DNA of 64,000 bases from NCBI RefSeq assembly GCF_963921235.1, contig NC_086097.1, forward strand, positions 12,710,001 through 12,774,000, given 5' to 3'. Numbering within the stretch: position 1 is the first letter of the stretch; each line of letters begins with the position of its first letter. This DNA is from Mobula hypostoma (Eukaryota). The position numbers and the translations under genes are program-made. This document shows positions 1 through 11,468 of this stretch, in pieces. The notes under the pieces were generated by a model. It saw nothing but the letters and a program-made list of their open reading frames with translations, was not told the origin of the DNA and did no database searches.

Positions 1-471
1 TGAGTGGACAAGGGATTCATGTACGGTGCGATGTCTGTGGAAAGTGGAAAGTGGAAAGTGGGGGATCGGGAAAGGTGTGTTTGGTGGTGGGATCCCGTTG
101 GAGATGGCATAGGTTGCAAAGAGTTACTGGCTGGATGTGAAGGCTGGTGGGGTGGTTGGTGAGGACATGATAAATCCTGTCCCTGATTTGGTAGCGGTTG
201 GATGCAGTGAGGGTAGATTTGCACGAAAGAAGAGATGCAGGTGAGCGCAGTGTTGCTGGTGGAGGAAGGGAAGCCCTTTTCTTTGAAGAAGGAAGTTTTT
301 CATTCCATAATCAATTCCTCTGTCTTTGTTGTATCTGCTCTCAGGACGAAGCTTTTCATTCCAGAACGGAAATAGTCTATCTCCCGATATCTTTTGAACC
401 CACCGACTCCCACAGCTATGAGGGCTATACTCTTCTCAACCTGTCGCTTGTAAAAATACCGTTCCCTTCTC
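1..471. mobile_element. Old Penelope-like element fragments (minus strand ~1-296; plus-strand RT/thumb region ~300-471, resuming at 1333-1420)
   Basis: Decayed translation resembles the PLE RT C-terminus (PTDSHSY, ICSQDEAFHSRT). The fragment is split by the 472-1332 insertion. Confidence 0.7.
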
Positions 472-1332
472 AAACACGAGGAAATCTGCAGATGCTGGAA
501 ATTCAAGCAACACACATAAAAGTTGCTGGTGAACGCAGCAGGCCAGGCAGCATCTCTAGGAAGAGGTACTGTCGACGTTTTGGGCCGAGACCCTTCGTCA
601 GGACTAACTGAAAGAAGAGCTAGTAAGAGATTTGAAAGTGGGAGTGGGAGGGAGAGATCCAAAATAATAGGAGAAGACAGGAGGGGGAGGGATGGAGCCA
701 AGAGCTGGACAGGTGATTGGCAAAAGGGATATGAGAGGATCATGAGACAGGAGGCCTAGGGAGAAAGAAAAGGTGGGGGGAGGGGAAGCCCAGAGGATAG
801 GCAAGGGGTATAGTGAGAGGGACAGAGGGAGAAAAAGGGGAGAGAGAAAAAGAATGTGTGTATATAAATAAATAACAGATGGGGTAGCCTTCAACCTGAT
901 GGCATGAACATTGACTTCTCAAACTTCCGCTAATGCCCCACCTCCCCCTCGTACCCCATCCGTTATTTATTTCTAAATACACATTCTTTTTCTCTCAGTC
1001 CTTTTTCTCCTTCTGTCGCTCTCACTATACCCCTTGCCCATCCTCTGGGTTTTCCCCCCCTCCCCCTTTTCTTTCTCCCTGGGCCTCCTGTCCCATGATC
1101 CTCTCATATCCCTTTTGCCAATCACCTGTTCAGCTCTTGGCTCCATCCCTCCCCCTCATGTCCTCTCCTATCATTTTGGATCTCCCCCTCCCCCTCCCAC
1201 TTTCAAATCTTTTACTAGCTCTTCTTTCAGTTAGTCCTGGCGAAGGGTCTTGGCCGGCAACGTTGACTGTACCTCTTCCTAGAGATGCTGCCCGGCCTGC
1301 TGCGTTCACCAGCAACTTTTATGTGTGTTGCT
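472..1332. mobile_element. Fold-back (inverted) Penelope-like insertion with TSD
   Basis: Arms ~506-885 and ~955-1332 are reverse complements. Flanks are TACCGTTCCCTTCTC (457-471) and TACCATTCCCTTTTC (1333-1347). Degenerate hammerhead motifs lie at ~570-605 (-) and ~1233-1268 (+). Confidence 0.85.
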
Positions 1333-1439
1333 TACCATTCCCTTTTCTCACTTCCTCATTCTCTGCCGCATCTGCTTTCAGGATGCTGCTTTTCATTCCA
1401 GAACTAATGAGATGTCCTCCTGACGTAGATTTGAAGATC

Positions 1440-2478
1440 AACAAACACGAGAAAATCTACCGATGCTGGAAGTCAAAACAATGCACACAAAATTCTGGAG
1501 GAGCTTAGCAGGCCAGGCAGCATCTTTTGAAAAGAGTAAACAGTTGACATTTTGGACCTGTACTTTTCATCAGGACTGGAAATAAAAGATGAGAAGTCAG
1601 AACAAAAAGGTGGGGATAAGGGGAAGAAGTTTTATAAGTTAGTAGGTGATAGGAGAAACTGGGAGAGAGGGAGGATTGAAGTAAAGAGCTGGGAAGTCAA
1701 TTGGTGAAAGAGATAAAGGCTGGAGAAGGCGGGAATCTAATAGGACAGGATAGAAGACCATGAAAGAAACGGAAGAGGGAGGAGTGCCAGAGGGAGGTGA
1801 TAGGCAGGTAAGGAGATAAGTGAGAGAGAGAAATGGGAATAGGGAATGGTGAAGGAGAGGATGGGGCAATTAACTGAAGTTTGAGATATTGATGTTTATG
1901 CCATCAAGTTGGAGTCTATCCAGATGGAATACCTTCATTCTGTCTGCCATAAAAAACGAGATTTCTCAGTGGCCACCAATTTCAATTCTACTTCCTATTC
2001 TCATTCTGACATGATGAGGCCAGACATAGGTTGGAGGAGTGAACCTTGTATTCTATCTGGGTAGCCTCCAACTTGATGGCATGAACATAGATTTTGTGAA
2101 CTTCCAGTAATTGCCCCTTTCACCATTCTTCTTTCCTGTTTCCCTCTCACAAGTTCTGTCCTTACCTGTTCATCACCACCCTCTGGTACTCCTTCCCTTC
2201 CCTTTCTGCAATGACCTTCTGTCCTCTCCTATCAGATTCCCCTTTCTCCAGCCCTTTATCCCTTTCACCAACTTCCCAGCTCTTTACTTCACTCCTCTCC
2301 TGGTTTTACCTATCACCTTGTACTACTTCTTCCCCTTCCTCCACCTTTTTCTGTCTTCTCCCCTTCCCTTCCAGTGCTGATGACGAGTCTCAGGCTGAAA
2401 ATTGACTATTTACTCTTTCTCATAGATGCTACCTGGCTTGCTGAGTTCCTGTAGGATTTTGTATGTGTTCCTTTGGAA
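1440..2478. mobile_element. Older PLE 3'-end fragments in divergent orientation (~1440-1930 minus, ~1955-2478 plus)
   Basis: Same GIY-YIG C-terminal remnant, pyrimidine-rich 3' region and degenerate CTGATGA...GAAA motif as the other PLE copies. Confidence 0.7.
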
Positions 2479-2734
2479 ATGCCCGAAATGGCCGGGAATT
2501 AAAATTAAATGATTACATCAATTCAACAAATTAGGAAATGCGACAAATTTGAAGATATCAACAATCACCTCGAATGTTACAATGGAAGTGAAGATTTGGG
2601 GGGTGCAATTATCAAAAGCATGGTGTGAAGGCAATCCATTATCAGCACTGATTTTGTTATTTTACAGTCAAAAGAACACAGCAGCAAACACTGCAGGAAC
2701 TCCCCCATTAATAACTACTAAAAATCTAATACAC

Positions 2735-2943
2735 AGTATTATAGTACCGTAGGAGCATTGGTAGTGTTCTAATTTGTTCTGTATTTCATTTAAATACATT
2801 ATTTGTTACTCTGTTAAATAGTAGCTTGTAATTTTTATACGTTTTTAACTATTTCCATGAAACTTCAGCTAACTGTGGCAGCCACTTAACTGGGCCAAAA
2901 TGCTCTGGTCTCGATGTGTCCCAGTTAACCAGAATCCACTGTA
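2735..2943 (-). mobile_element. Tigger/pogo-like DNA transposon end fragment
   Basis: On the minus strand it begins TA-CAGTGGATTCTGGTTAACTGGGACAC, resembling a Tc1/pogo terminal repeat. Only one end is seen. Confidence 0.45.
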
Positions 2944-4311
2944 TATAAAAACATGACAAATTCCTATACCTTGTTTCAGGAGAATAGAATTAAAAAAAAA
3001 TATATATATGTATTCTATAGGGGCTTCAGTGATTCCGGTTGTTCAAAGCAGTTTATAGCCAAAGAAATACTTCTGAAGCTTAATGTTAAAAAAATAACTG
3101 CAGAAAGGATGAAAGGTGTTGCAAGCTGTGCACAGCAAGATCCCATAATAATAAAATAAAACTATTTTCTTATTTTGCTGAAGAACAAATATTTACCAGG
3201 ACATCAGGTTTAACCACTTCCTCACTTTTCTACAAAACAACGCCACATGCTCTTTTTCTTTCCTCTGCCCCAGAGGTCATATTGGGTTTTGATAATGCCT
3301 CACTCAAAGGATGTAGCATTAACAGTGAAACAGTCCCTCAGTGCCACGTTGTCCCTGATTTTTTTTTTCCTGACTCAGCAGAAAGCATCCCATCTATTGA
3401 GCCACTACTGAGACTTGGGATCAGATAGCACGTTTCTATCATCCTTCTTATTTAATACAGTTCAAAAAATTGTTGAAGTGAGAAGTATTAAAATAATTGG
3501 TTTAAATTTAATCATAATTCAGCAAAGTTAGCTCCCAGTAGTGCATAATTTCCAATTAGCATCTTAAGGATTTTCACACCATCACACCCTAATTGTTAAT
3601 TCACTAAATGTCCTCAGATATCATCAGAATAAAATAACACGGGTATATAAACAGCGATACAGAGAGGTTAAAATGGTATCTTCCTGTCCTGTGAGAGATG
3701 TGTTTTTTTTTAAATGAGGGTGTGGTGTCATGACTTGTTTACATTTTAAATATTATATGGTTACATTAACTGGCATATTAAGGCTTGGAGGTCTGAGGTC
3801 AACTCAAAAGAACAGAAATCATGACTTTATTAACGATAATCAATTATCTGTATTGATAGGGGTTTTATGGGAGGTCACAAAGTTAATTGTATGACTATTG
3901 TGCTTAATGGTTGGAAATAATGGCCCAAATAGCACCGTGTGGATTAGTGTTAGTAGATTCATAAATCAGGCCGAGATACTGTATTCCAAATGTTCAGCCC
4001 CTATCCTGATCACAGAATGATATTTGTGAAGGCAGCTGGGTTACATGTTTTGATGGTCTTCTGTGTTGGTTCATGGGGCCCTCCGCTTTGTGTTTGCTCA
4101 GTTTCAGGCAGGTCTCACTCAATAGACGGTCCCAAAGTATTAATTTTGCTCCTCTGTCCAAAGCTGCAGCCCGATCTGCTGAGTATTTACAGAATGTCCT
4201 GGATTTATTTCTGGCACGCTCTCCACTTTGTTTTTGAGATTAAGTAGCAGCAGGGAAGACATTGCAAGGCAGCTATGACTGGTGAATGGCCAAGCTAAGG
4301 AAGTAAACTGT

Positions 4312-4610
4312 GGGGCAGATCGATAGTGTAGTGGTTAGCACAACACTTTACAGGACAGGCAACCCGGGTTCAATTCACACCGCTGCCTGTAAGGAGTTTG
4401 TACGTCCTCGCCGTGACCGCGTGGGTTTGCTTTGGGTGTTCAGCTTTCCTCCCACAGTCCAAAGACATGGCTGTTAGTAGGTCCTTTTGTAATTGTAAAT
4501 TGTCCTGTGAGGAAGCCAGTGTTAACTTGGTTGGGGGGGGGGTGGTTGCAGGGTGCTGAGCCTCAAAGGACCAGAAGGGCCTATTATGCACTGTATCCTC
4601 AATATAAAAA
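4312..4610 (+). mobile_element. tRNA-derived V-SINE-like SINE
   Basis: A-box-like TAGTGTAGTGG, B-box GGTTCAATTC and core ...TTTCCTCCCACAGTCCAAAGAC...TGTAAATTGTCC. Related copies lie at ~8125-8420, 10450-10685(-), 13670-13950(-), 33865-34210(-), 38525-38765(-), 40540-40805, 40808-41065, 43110-43385, 46620-46835(-) and 61960-62150(-). Confidence 0.8.
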
Positions 4611-4815
4611 GTAGTAACTGCAGATTAGTTATCTGACAGTGTTGTGCAAAGTTGATTCTGGAGACACTGAGAAGTGGTTAACTGAAAGATGAAATGTCTT
4701 CCTTTCACACTTTGTGCAGTTCTTTGAGTTGCCAAAAGCAGCCATCATGGTAGACAATAGGTGCAGGAGTAGGCCATTTGGCCCCTCGAGCCAGCACCGC
4801 CATTCACTGTGATCA

Positions 4816-7800
4816 CAGAAACATAGAAACATAGAAAATAGGTGCAGGAGTAGGCCATTCGGCCCTTCGAGCCTGCACCGCCATTTAATATGATCATGGC
4901 TGATCATCCAACTCAGAACCGCGCCCCAGCCTTCCCTCCATACCCCCGACCCCCGTAGCCACAAGGGCCCTATCTAACTCCCTCTTAAATATAGCCAATG
5001 AACTGGCCTCAACTGTTTCCTGTGGCAGAGAATTCCACAGATTCACCACTCTCTGTGTGAAGAAGTTTTTCCTAATCTCGGTCCTAAAAGGCTTCTCCTC
5101 TATCCTCAAACTGTGGCCCCTCGTTTTGGACTTCCCCAACATCGGGAACAATCTTCCTGCATCTAACCTGTCCAATCCGTTTAGGATCTTATACGTTTCA
5201 ATCAGATCCCCCCTCAATCTTCTAAATTCCAACGAGTACAAGCCCAGTTCATCCAGTCTTTCTTCATATGAAAGTCCTGCCATCCCAGGAATCAATCTGG
5301 TGAACCTTCTTTGTACTCCCTCTATGGCAAGGATGTCTTTCCTCAGATTAGGGGACCAAAACTGTACACAATACTCCAGGTGTGGTCTCACCAAGGCCTT
5401 GTACAACTGCAGTAGTACCTCCCTGCTCCTGTACTCGAATCCTCTCGCTATAAATGCCAGCATACCATTCACCTTTTTCACCGCCTGCTGTACCTGCATG
5501 CCCACTTTCAATGACTGGTGTATAATGACACCCAGGTCTCGTTGCACCTCCCCTTTTCCTAATCGGCCACCATTCAGATAATAATCTGTTTTCCTATTTT
5601 TGCCACCAAAGTGGATAACTTCACCTTTATCCACATTAAATTGCATCTGCCATGAATTTGCCCACTCATCCAACCTATCCAAGTCACCCTGCATCCTCTT
5701 AGCATCCTCCTCACAGCTAACACTGCCACCCAGCTTCGTGTCATCCGCAAACTTGGAGATGCTGCATTTAATTCCCTCATCCAAGTCATTAATATATATT
5801 GTAAACAACTGGGGTCCCAGCACTGAGCCTTGCGGTACCCCACTAGTCACCGCCTGCCATTCTGAAAAGGTCCCGTTTATTCCCACTCTTTGCTTCCTGT
5901 CTGCTAACCAATTCTCCACCCACACCAATACCTTACCCCCAATACCGTGTGCTTTAAGTTTGCACACTAATCTCCTGTGTGGGACCTTGTCAAAAGCCTT
6001 TTGAAAATCCAAATATACCACATCCACTGGTTCTCCCCTATCCACTCTACTAGTTACATCCTCAAAAAATTCTATGAGATTCGTCGGACATGATTTTCCT
6101 TTCACAAATCCATGCTGACTTTGTCCGATCATTTTACCGCTTTCCAAATGTGCTGTTATCACATTTTTGATAACTGACTCCAGCAGTTTCCCCACCACCG
6201 ACGTTAGGCTAACTGGTCTATAATTCCCTGGTTTCTCTCTCCCTCCTTTTTTAAAAAGTGGAGTTACATTAGCCACCCTCCAATCCTCAGGAACTAGTCC
6301 AGAATCTAACGAGTTTTGAAAAATTATCACTAATGCATCCACTATTTCTTGGGCTACTTCCTTAAGCACTCTAGGATGCAGACCATCTGGCCCTGGGGAT
6401 TTATCTGCTTTCAATCCCTTCAATTTACCTAACACCACTTCCCTACTAACATATATTTCGCTCAGTTCCTCCATCTCACTGGACCCTCTGTCCCTTACTA
6501 TTTCTGGAAGATTATTTATGTCCTCCTTAGTGAAGACAGAACCAAAGGAATTATTCAATTGGTCTGCCATGTCCTTGCTCCCCATAATCAATTCACCTGT
6601 TTCTGTCTGCAGGGGACCTATATTTGTCTTTACCTGTCTTTTCCTTTTTACATATCTATAAAAGCTTTTACAGTCCGTTTTTATGTTCCCTGCCAGTTTT
6701 CTCTCATTATCTTTTTTCCCCTTCCTAATTAAGCCCTTTGTCCTCCTCTGCTGAACTCTGAATTTCTCCCAGTCCTCAGGTGAGCCACTTTCTCTGGCTA
6801 ATTTGTATGCTTCTTCTTTGGAATTGATACTATCCCTAATTTCTCTTGTCAGCCACGGGTGCACTACCTTCCTTGATTTATTCTTTTGCCAAACTGGGAT
6901 GAACAATTGTTGTAGTTCATCCATGCAAGCTTTAAATGCTTGCCATTGCATATCCACCGTCAATCCTTTAAGTGTCATTTGCCAGTCTATCTTAGCTAAT
7001 TCACGTCTCATACCTTCAAAGTTACCCATCTTTAAGTTCAGAACCTTTGTTGCTGAATTAACTATGTCGCTCTCCATCTTAATGAAGAATTCCACCATAT
7101 TATGGTCACTCTTACCCAAGGGGCCTCTCACGACAAGATCGCTAATTAACCCTTCCTCATTGCTCAAAACCCAGTCCAGAATAGCCTGCTCTCTAGTTGG
7201 TTCCTCGACATGTTGGTTCAAAAAACCATCCCGCATACATTCCAAGAAATCTTCTTCCTCAGCACCTTTACCAATTTGGTTCACCCAATCTACATGTAGA
7301 TTGAAGTCACCCATTATAATTGCTGTTCCTTTATTGCACACATTTCTAATTTCCTGTTTAATACCATCTCCGACCTCACTACTACTGTTAGGTGGCCTGT
7401 ACACAACTCCCACCAGCGTCTTCTGCCCCTTAGTGTTACGCAGCTCTACCCATATCGATTCCACATCTTCCCGGCTTATGTCCTTCCTTTCTATTGTGTT
7501 AATCTCTTCTTTAACCAGCAACACCACCCCACCTCCCCTTCCTTCATGTCTATCCCTCCTGAATATTCAATATCCCTGAATGTTGAGCTCCCATCCCTGG
7601 TCACCCTGGAGTCATGTCTCTGTGATCCCAACTATATCATAATCATTAATAATAATCTGCACTTTCAATTCATCTACCTTATTATGAATGCTCCTTGCAT
7701 TGACACACAAAGCCTTCAGGCGCACTTTTACAACTCTCTTAGCCCTTATACAATTATGTTGAAAAGTGGCCCTTTTTAATGCTTGCCCTGGATTTGTCGG

Positions 7801-7833
7801 CCTGCCACTTTTACTTTTTTCCTTAGTACTTTT
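4816..7833 (-). mobile_element. Young CR1 LINE, 5'-truncated, disabled
   Basis: Encodes an APE endonuclease and RT (FADD), with an (ATGTTTCT)n-type tail. A TGG>TGA stop lies at 7612-7614 and a 1-nt deletion near the ORF2 end alters the C-terminus. Confidence 0.95.
4894..7527 (-). pseudogene. CR1 ORF2 remnant (endonuclease-reverse transcriptase), 877-codon open stretch
   Basis: Motifs GDFN, SDH, PGPDG, YRPVSL, QHGF, LDFQKAFD, GVPQGSVLGP and FADD. An upstream in-frame stop removes the endonuclease N-terminus. Confidence 0.9.
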
Positions 7834-8120
7834 TGATCATCCACAATCAGTACCCCATTCCTGCCTTCTCCCCATACCCCTTCACTTCACTATCTTTATG
7901 AGCTCTATCTAACCTTTTCTTGAAAGCATCCAGAGAATTGGTCTCCACTGACTTCTGAGGCAGAGCATTTCACAGATCCACAACTCTCTGGGTGAAAAAG
8001 TTTTTCCTCAACTCCGTTCTAAATGACCTACCCTTTATTCTTAAACTGTGGCCTCTGGTTCTGGACTCCCCCAACATCGGGAACACGTTTCCTGCCTCTA
8101 GCGTGTCCAATCCCTTAATA
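7834..8120 (-). mobile_element. Older CR1 3' fragment (its extreme 3' tail lies at 4750-4815)
   Basis: Diverged homologue of the CR1 ORF2 end and 3'UTR, split by the young CR1 copy. Confidence 0.8.
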
Positions 8121-11100
8121 ATTGTAGAGTACCTGATAGCACGACGCTATCACAACTTGAGGCATTCTGGAGTTTGGAGTTCAATTCCGGTACCGTTCTA
8201 TAGGGAGTCACTGTAGATCCTCCTCATAGAATGTGTGGTTTTCCCCAGATGCTTGATTTTCCTCCCACAGTCCAAAGACATACTGGGTAGGTTAATTGGT
8301 CATTGTAAATTGTCCCGTGATTGAATTAGGGTTAAACTGGGGTTGTGGGGTTGTTGCTGCAGCATAGCTCAAAGGGCCAGAAGGACGTACTCAGCATTGT
8401 ATTGCTAAATGAATAAATATGGTAATAGACAATAGTAGAATTATAAATTGAAATACTTTATTGGAAGTAGTAACTCTCAGTTAAACTGCAGTGTCTGTGT
8501 ACAACAGTGTATCATAGACAAATAAAAGTACAAAGTAAATTTATTATCAAGGTATACAACCTGAGACTCATTTTCTAAGGCTATTTGTAGTAAATACAAG
8601 AAACACAAAAGAATAGATGAAAGAATGCACCCAACAGGACAAACAAACAACCAATGTGTAAAAGGCAACAAACTCTGCAAATACAAATAAATAATAATAG
8701 CAACAATAATAAATAAGCAATAAATATCAAGACCATGAGATGAAGAGTCCTTGAAAGTGTGTCCATAGGTTTTGGGAACAGTTTATTGATGGAACAAACG
8801 AAGTTAAGTGAAATTACCATTATTGGTTCAAGGCCGAGGGATAATAACTGCTCCTCATCTCAAGTAATGCAAACCAGTTCATCAAGTTTAAATATTCGCA
8901 CAAATGAAATTATCTTTTAAATATTTGTAATCATATCCAATAATTTAATGAACTCTTCACTGCAAACTGCACTTGACATCACCAATGGATCCAATCTCGG
9001 CACAAATTCTGGAGGATCATTTCTCTGTGTAGTCCATAAAGTCACAGAAGAGTACAGAACAGAAATAGATCCTTCAGTCCATCTAGTTCGTGCTGAACCA
9101 TTTAAATTGCCTCAGAATCTGTTCAAAACTGGTGGCTTTAAAATTATCTTCATGAATTTAGATACATTGTATTGAAAATTTTGATCACCAACATTTGCAT
9201 GACTAAATTCTCCACACCAATAATTTGTAAACAGCCAGAATTCTCAAACCTATTGCAGTATGTCACTGATTGTCCATAATCGGTTTGTCAGCTCTCATGA
9301 AAACCCTTAATGGCCATTAAATTCTTCAGGGATTTGCAACCCAGGTGAAACAACCTATCATGACAGTTGTAGAACCAGGTAATTTTAAATGGCTGTAAAT
9401 AGCTGCTGTGCCCAAGGCTTTTGCTCAGTACTGTAGTAATTGTGTGTATTGCACTGTACTCCAGCTGCAAAAAAAAATATGTGAATGATGATAAACCTGA
9501 TTCTGATATGGGTCTCTATTGTGGACTGGGAGTGGAAAGGAGTCAGGGAGGGGGGAATCTTGGTTGGGAAAAGGGGAAGGAGGAGCAGGGAATGGGAAGC
9601 ACAAGAAAGGCATTCTGTAATGATCAATAAGCCAATTGTTTGGAACCAAATGACCTTCCCCTGCCTGGTGTCTCAGAGCTGGGTGCACCCGTGTTATCCA
9701 CAGCCACTGGCACTCCTCTGCCACCTGTGCCACACCCCTCCATTCTCGCCATTCCCAATATTCTTTGCTCCTGTCAGATTTGACAGATGGGGGTCAGGGT
9801 TCAGGAGCATGGACTGCAAGATAACTGTGACCCTTCACTGCCATGGCCTCCTTACCCCTTTGCTGCAATTGTGATATGTCATCATCTTTCAACAGCTCAG
9901 CTGCTGAGATCTTGGTTGGATCCCTGTCTGGAACCTCCCCCTTAACTTTACCACCATGGGTGACACTACCAGGAGCTAAGCACCAGATTGCTAAACTCCA
10001 GACGGCATCACACTTGGAATCTCAGCAACTCACAAGCCTCTCCACCAGGACATGGTGACGACTCTTGGAGAAAATTGTCATCTTTTTGATGTGGTCAAGT
10101 ACCCTGCTATTATGGGCTTGCTAGCCAATTCTGTCTGGTAATCCTCCCTTCAACAAATTATCTCAACTTAATCTTAGACGGGTATATGGAGGAATTTAAG
10201 GTGGGGGCTTATATGGGAGGCAGAGTTTGAGGGTCGGCACAACATTGTGGACCGAAGGGCCTGTACTGTGCTGTACTATTCTATGTTCTATGTTCTATGT
10301 TCTAATCTCTGGTACATCGTTGCATTTGTAAACTGGTAGGTCTTGAAAATATTGAGTGAAGTCAAACTATAAGACATAGAAACATAGAAAATAGGTGCAG
10401 GAGTAGGCCATTCAAAGGAGTAGACCTCTCCAAAGTCTTTCCAAAATATTTATTTTGTCAAGATACAGCATGGGACAGGCACTTCTGGTCCAATGAGCCA
10501 CGTTGTCTAACAACCCACCTATTTAACACTACGGTAATCACAGGACAATTTACAAGGATCAATTAAACTACTAAGTCTTTGAATTTCTGGGAGGAAATCG
10601 GAGCATCCATGAGGAAACCCACACTCTCACGTGGAGAATATACAAACTCTTTGCCAACTGTGTCAGAATTGAACTCTGAACTCTGACCTCTCTCTGGTGC
10701 CCCTCCTTCTTTCCTTTCTCTCACCCTCTCTTACCCCTTCTCTTTCAGTCACCTGAAGAGAAGGGGTAAAAGGGGAGCCAGAATGGGGATTAGAAAAAAA
10801 GAAGGAAGGAGAAGGGGGAGAAATGACCAAAAGTTGGAAAAGCAATGCTTGTGCCAGAGGCGACACAGAAGGAACATGAGGTGTTGCTCCTCCAACCCAA
10901 GAGTGGCATAATTATTGCAGTAAGAAAGGCCATGGACTAACATGTGAGAATTGGAATTCAGTGTGAACTTAAAGTGGTTGGCCACCGGGAAATCCTGTCT
11001 GGTGTGAACGGAACAAAGGTGCTCAACAAAGCAGTCCCCCAGCCTACGTGGGGACTCACTGATGTAGAGGATTCTGCACCAACAACACTGGATACAGCAG

Positions 11101-11263
11101 ATGAACCCAGCAAAATTATTTATTGCACTTTATTGGATTGTATATGAGGAAAGAGTCAAAGTGGGAAAGAGACAAAATTAAAGATACAGGCAATTGGCAA
11201 TGCGGGCCATGCTAATGGGTGTGTTTCTCTAAAGCAGTCACCAATTCGTCTCTTTGTGGTAGG

Positions 11264-11468
11264 TGTTGTGTCTGTACACAACTACATATATAAGAAATAA
11301 AAGCACGGACGTGGAGATGACTTTTACTGGTATATTCATATTCTAGCGCGAGCAAGAGAGAGAACAATGCGCATGTGTACACAACTGGGCATGCACAGAC
11401 AACAGATCAATACATAGTGCTAAGGGGAGGGGGACATTGCTCTAAAAGAAATAGATCCATACATTACA
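11264..11468 (-). repeat. 3' LTR (~205 bp, TGTAA...AACA)
   Basis: Starts with TG immediately after the polypurine tract and ends with CA on the minus strand. Confidence 0.7.

Noticed and set aside
300..2405. Numerous Pro/Leu/Ser-rich ORFs
   Set aside because: They arise from pyrimidine-rich PLE 3' regions, not host genes.
5057..7579. Long ORFs antisense to CR1 ORF2 (174, 134 and 258 aa), repeated in each copy
   Set aside because: These are shadow frames of the RT gene and recur only because the copies are near-identical. No independent motifs.
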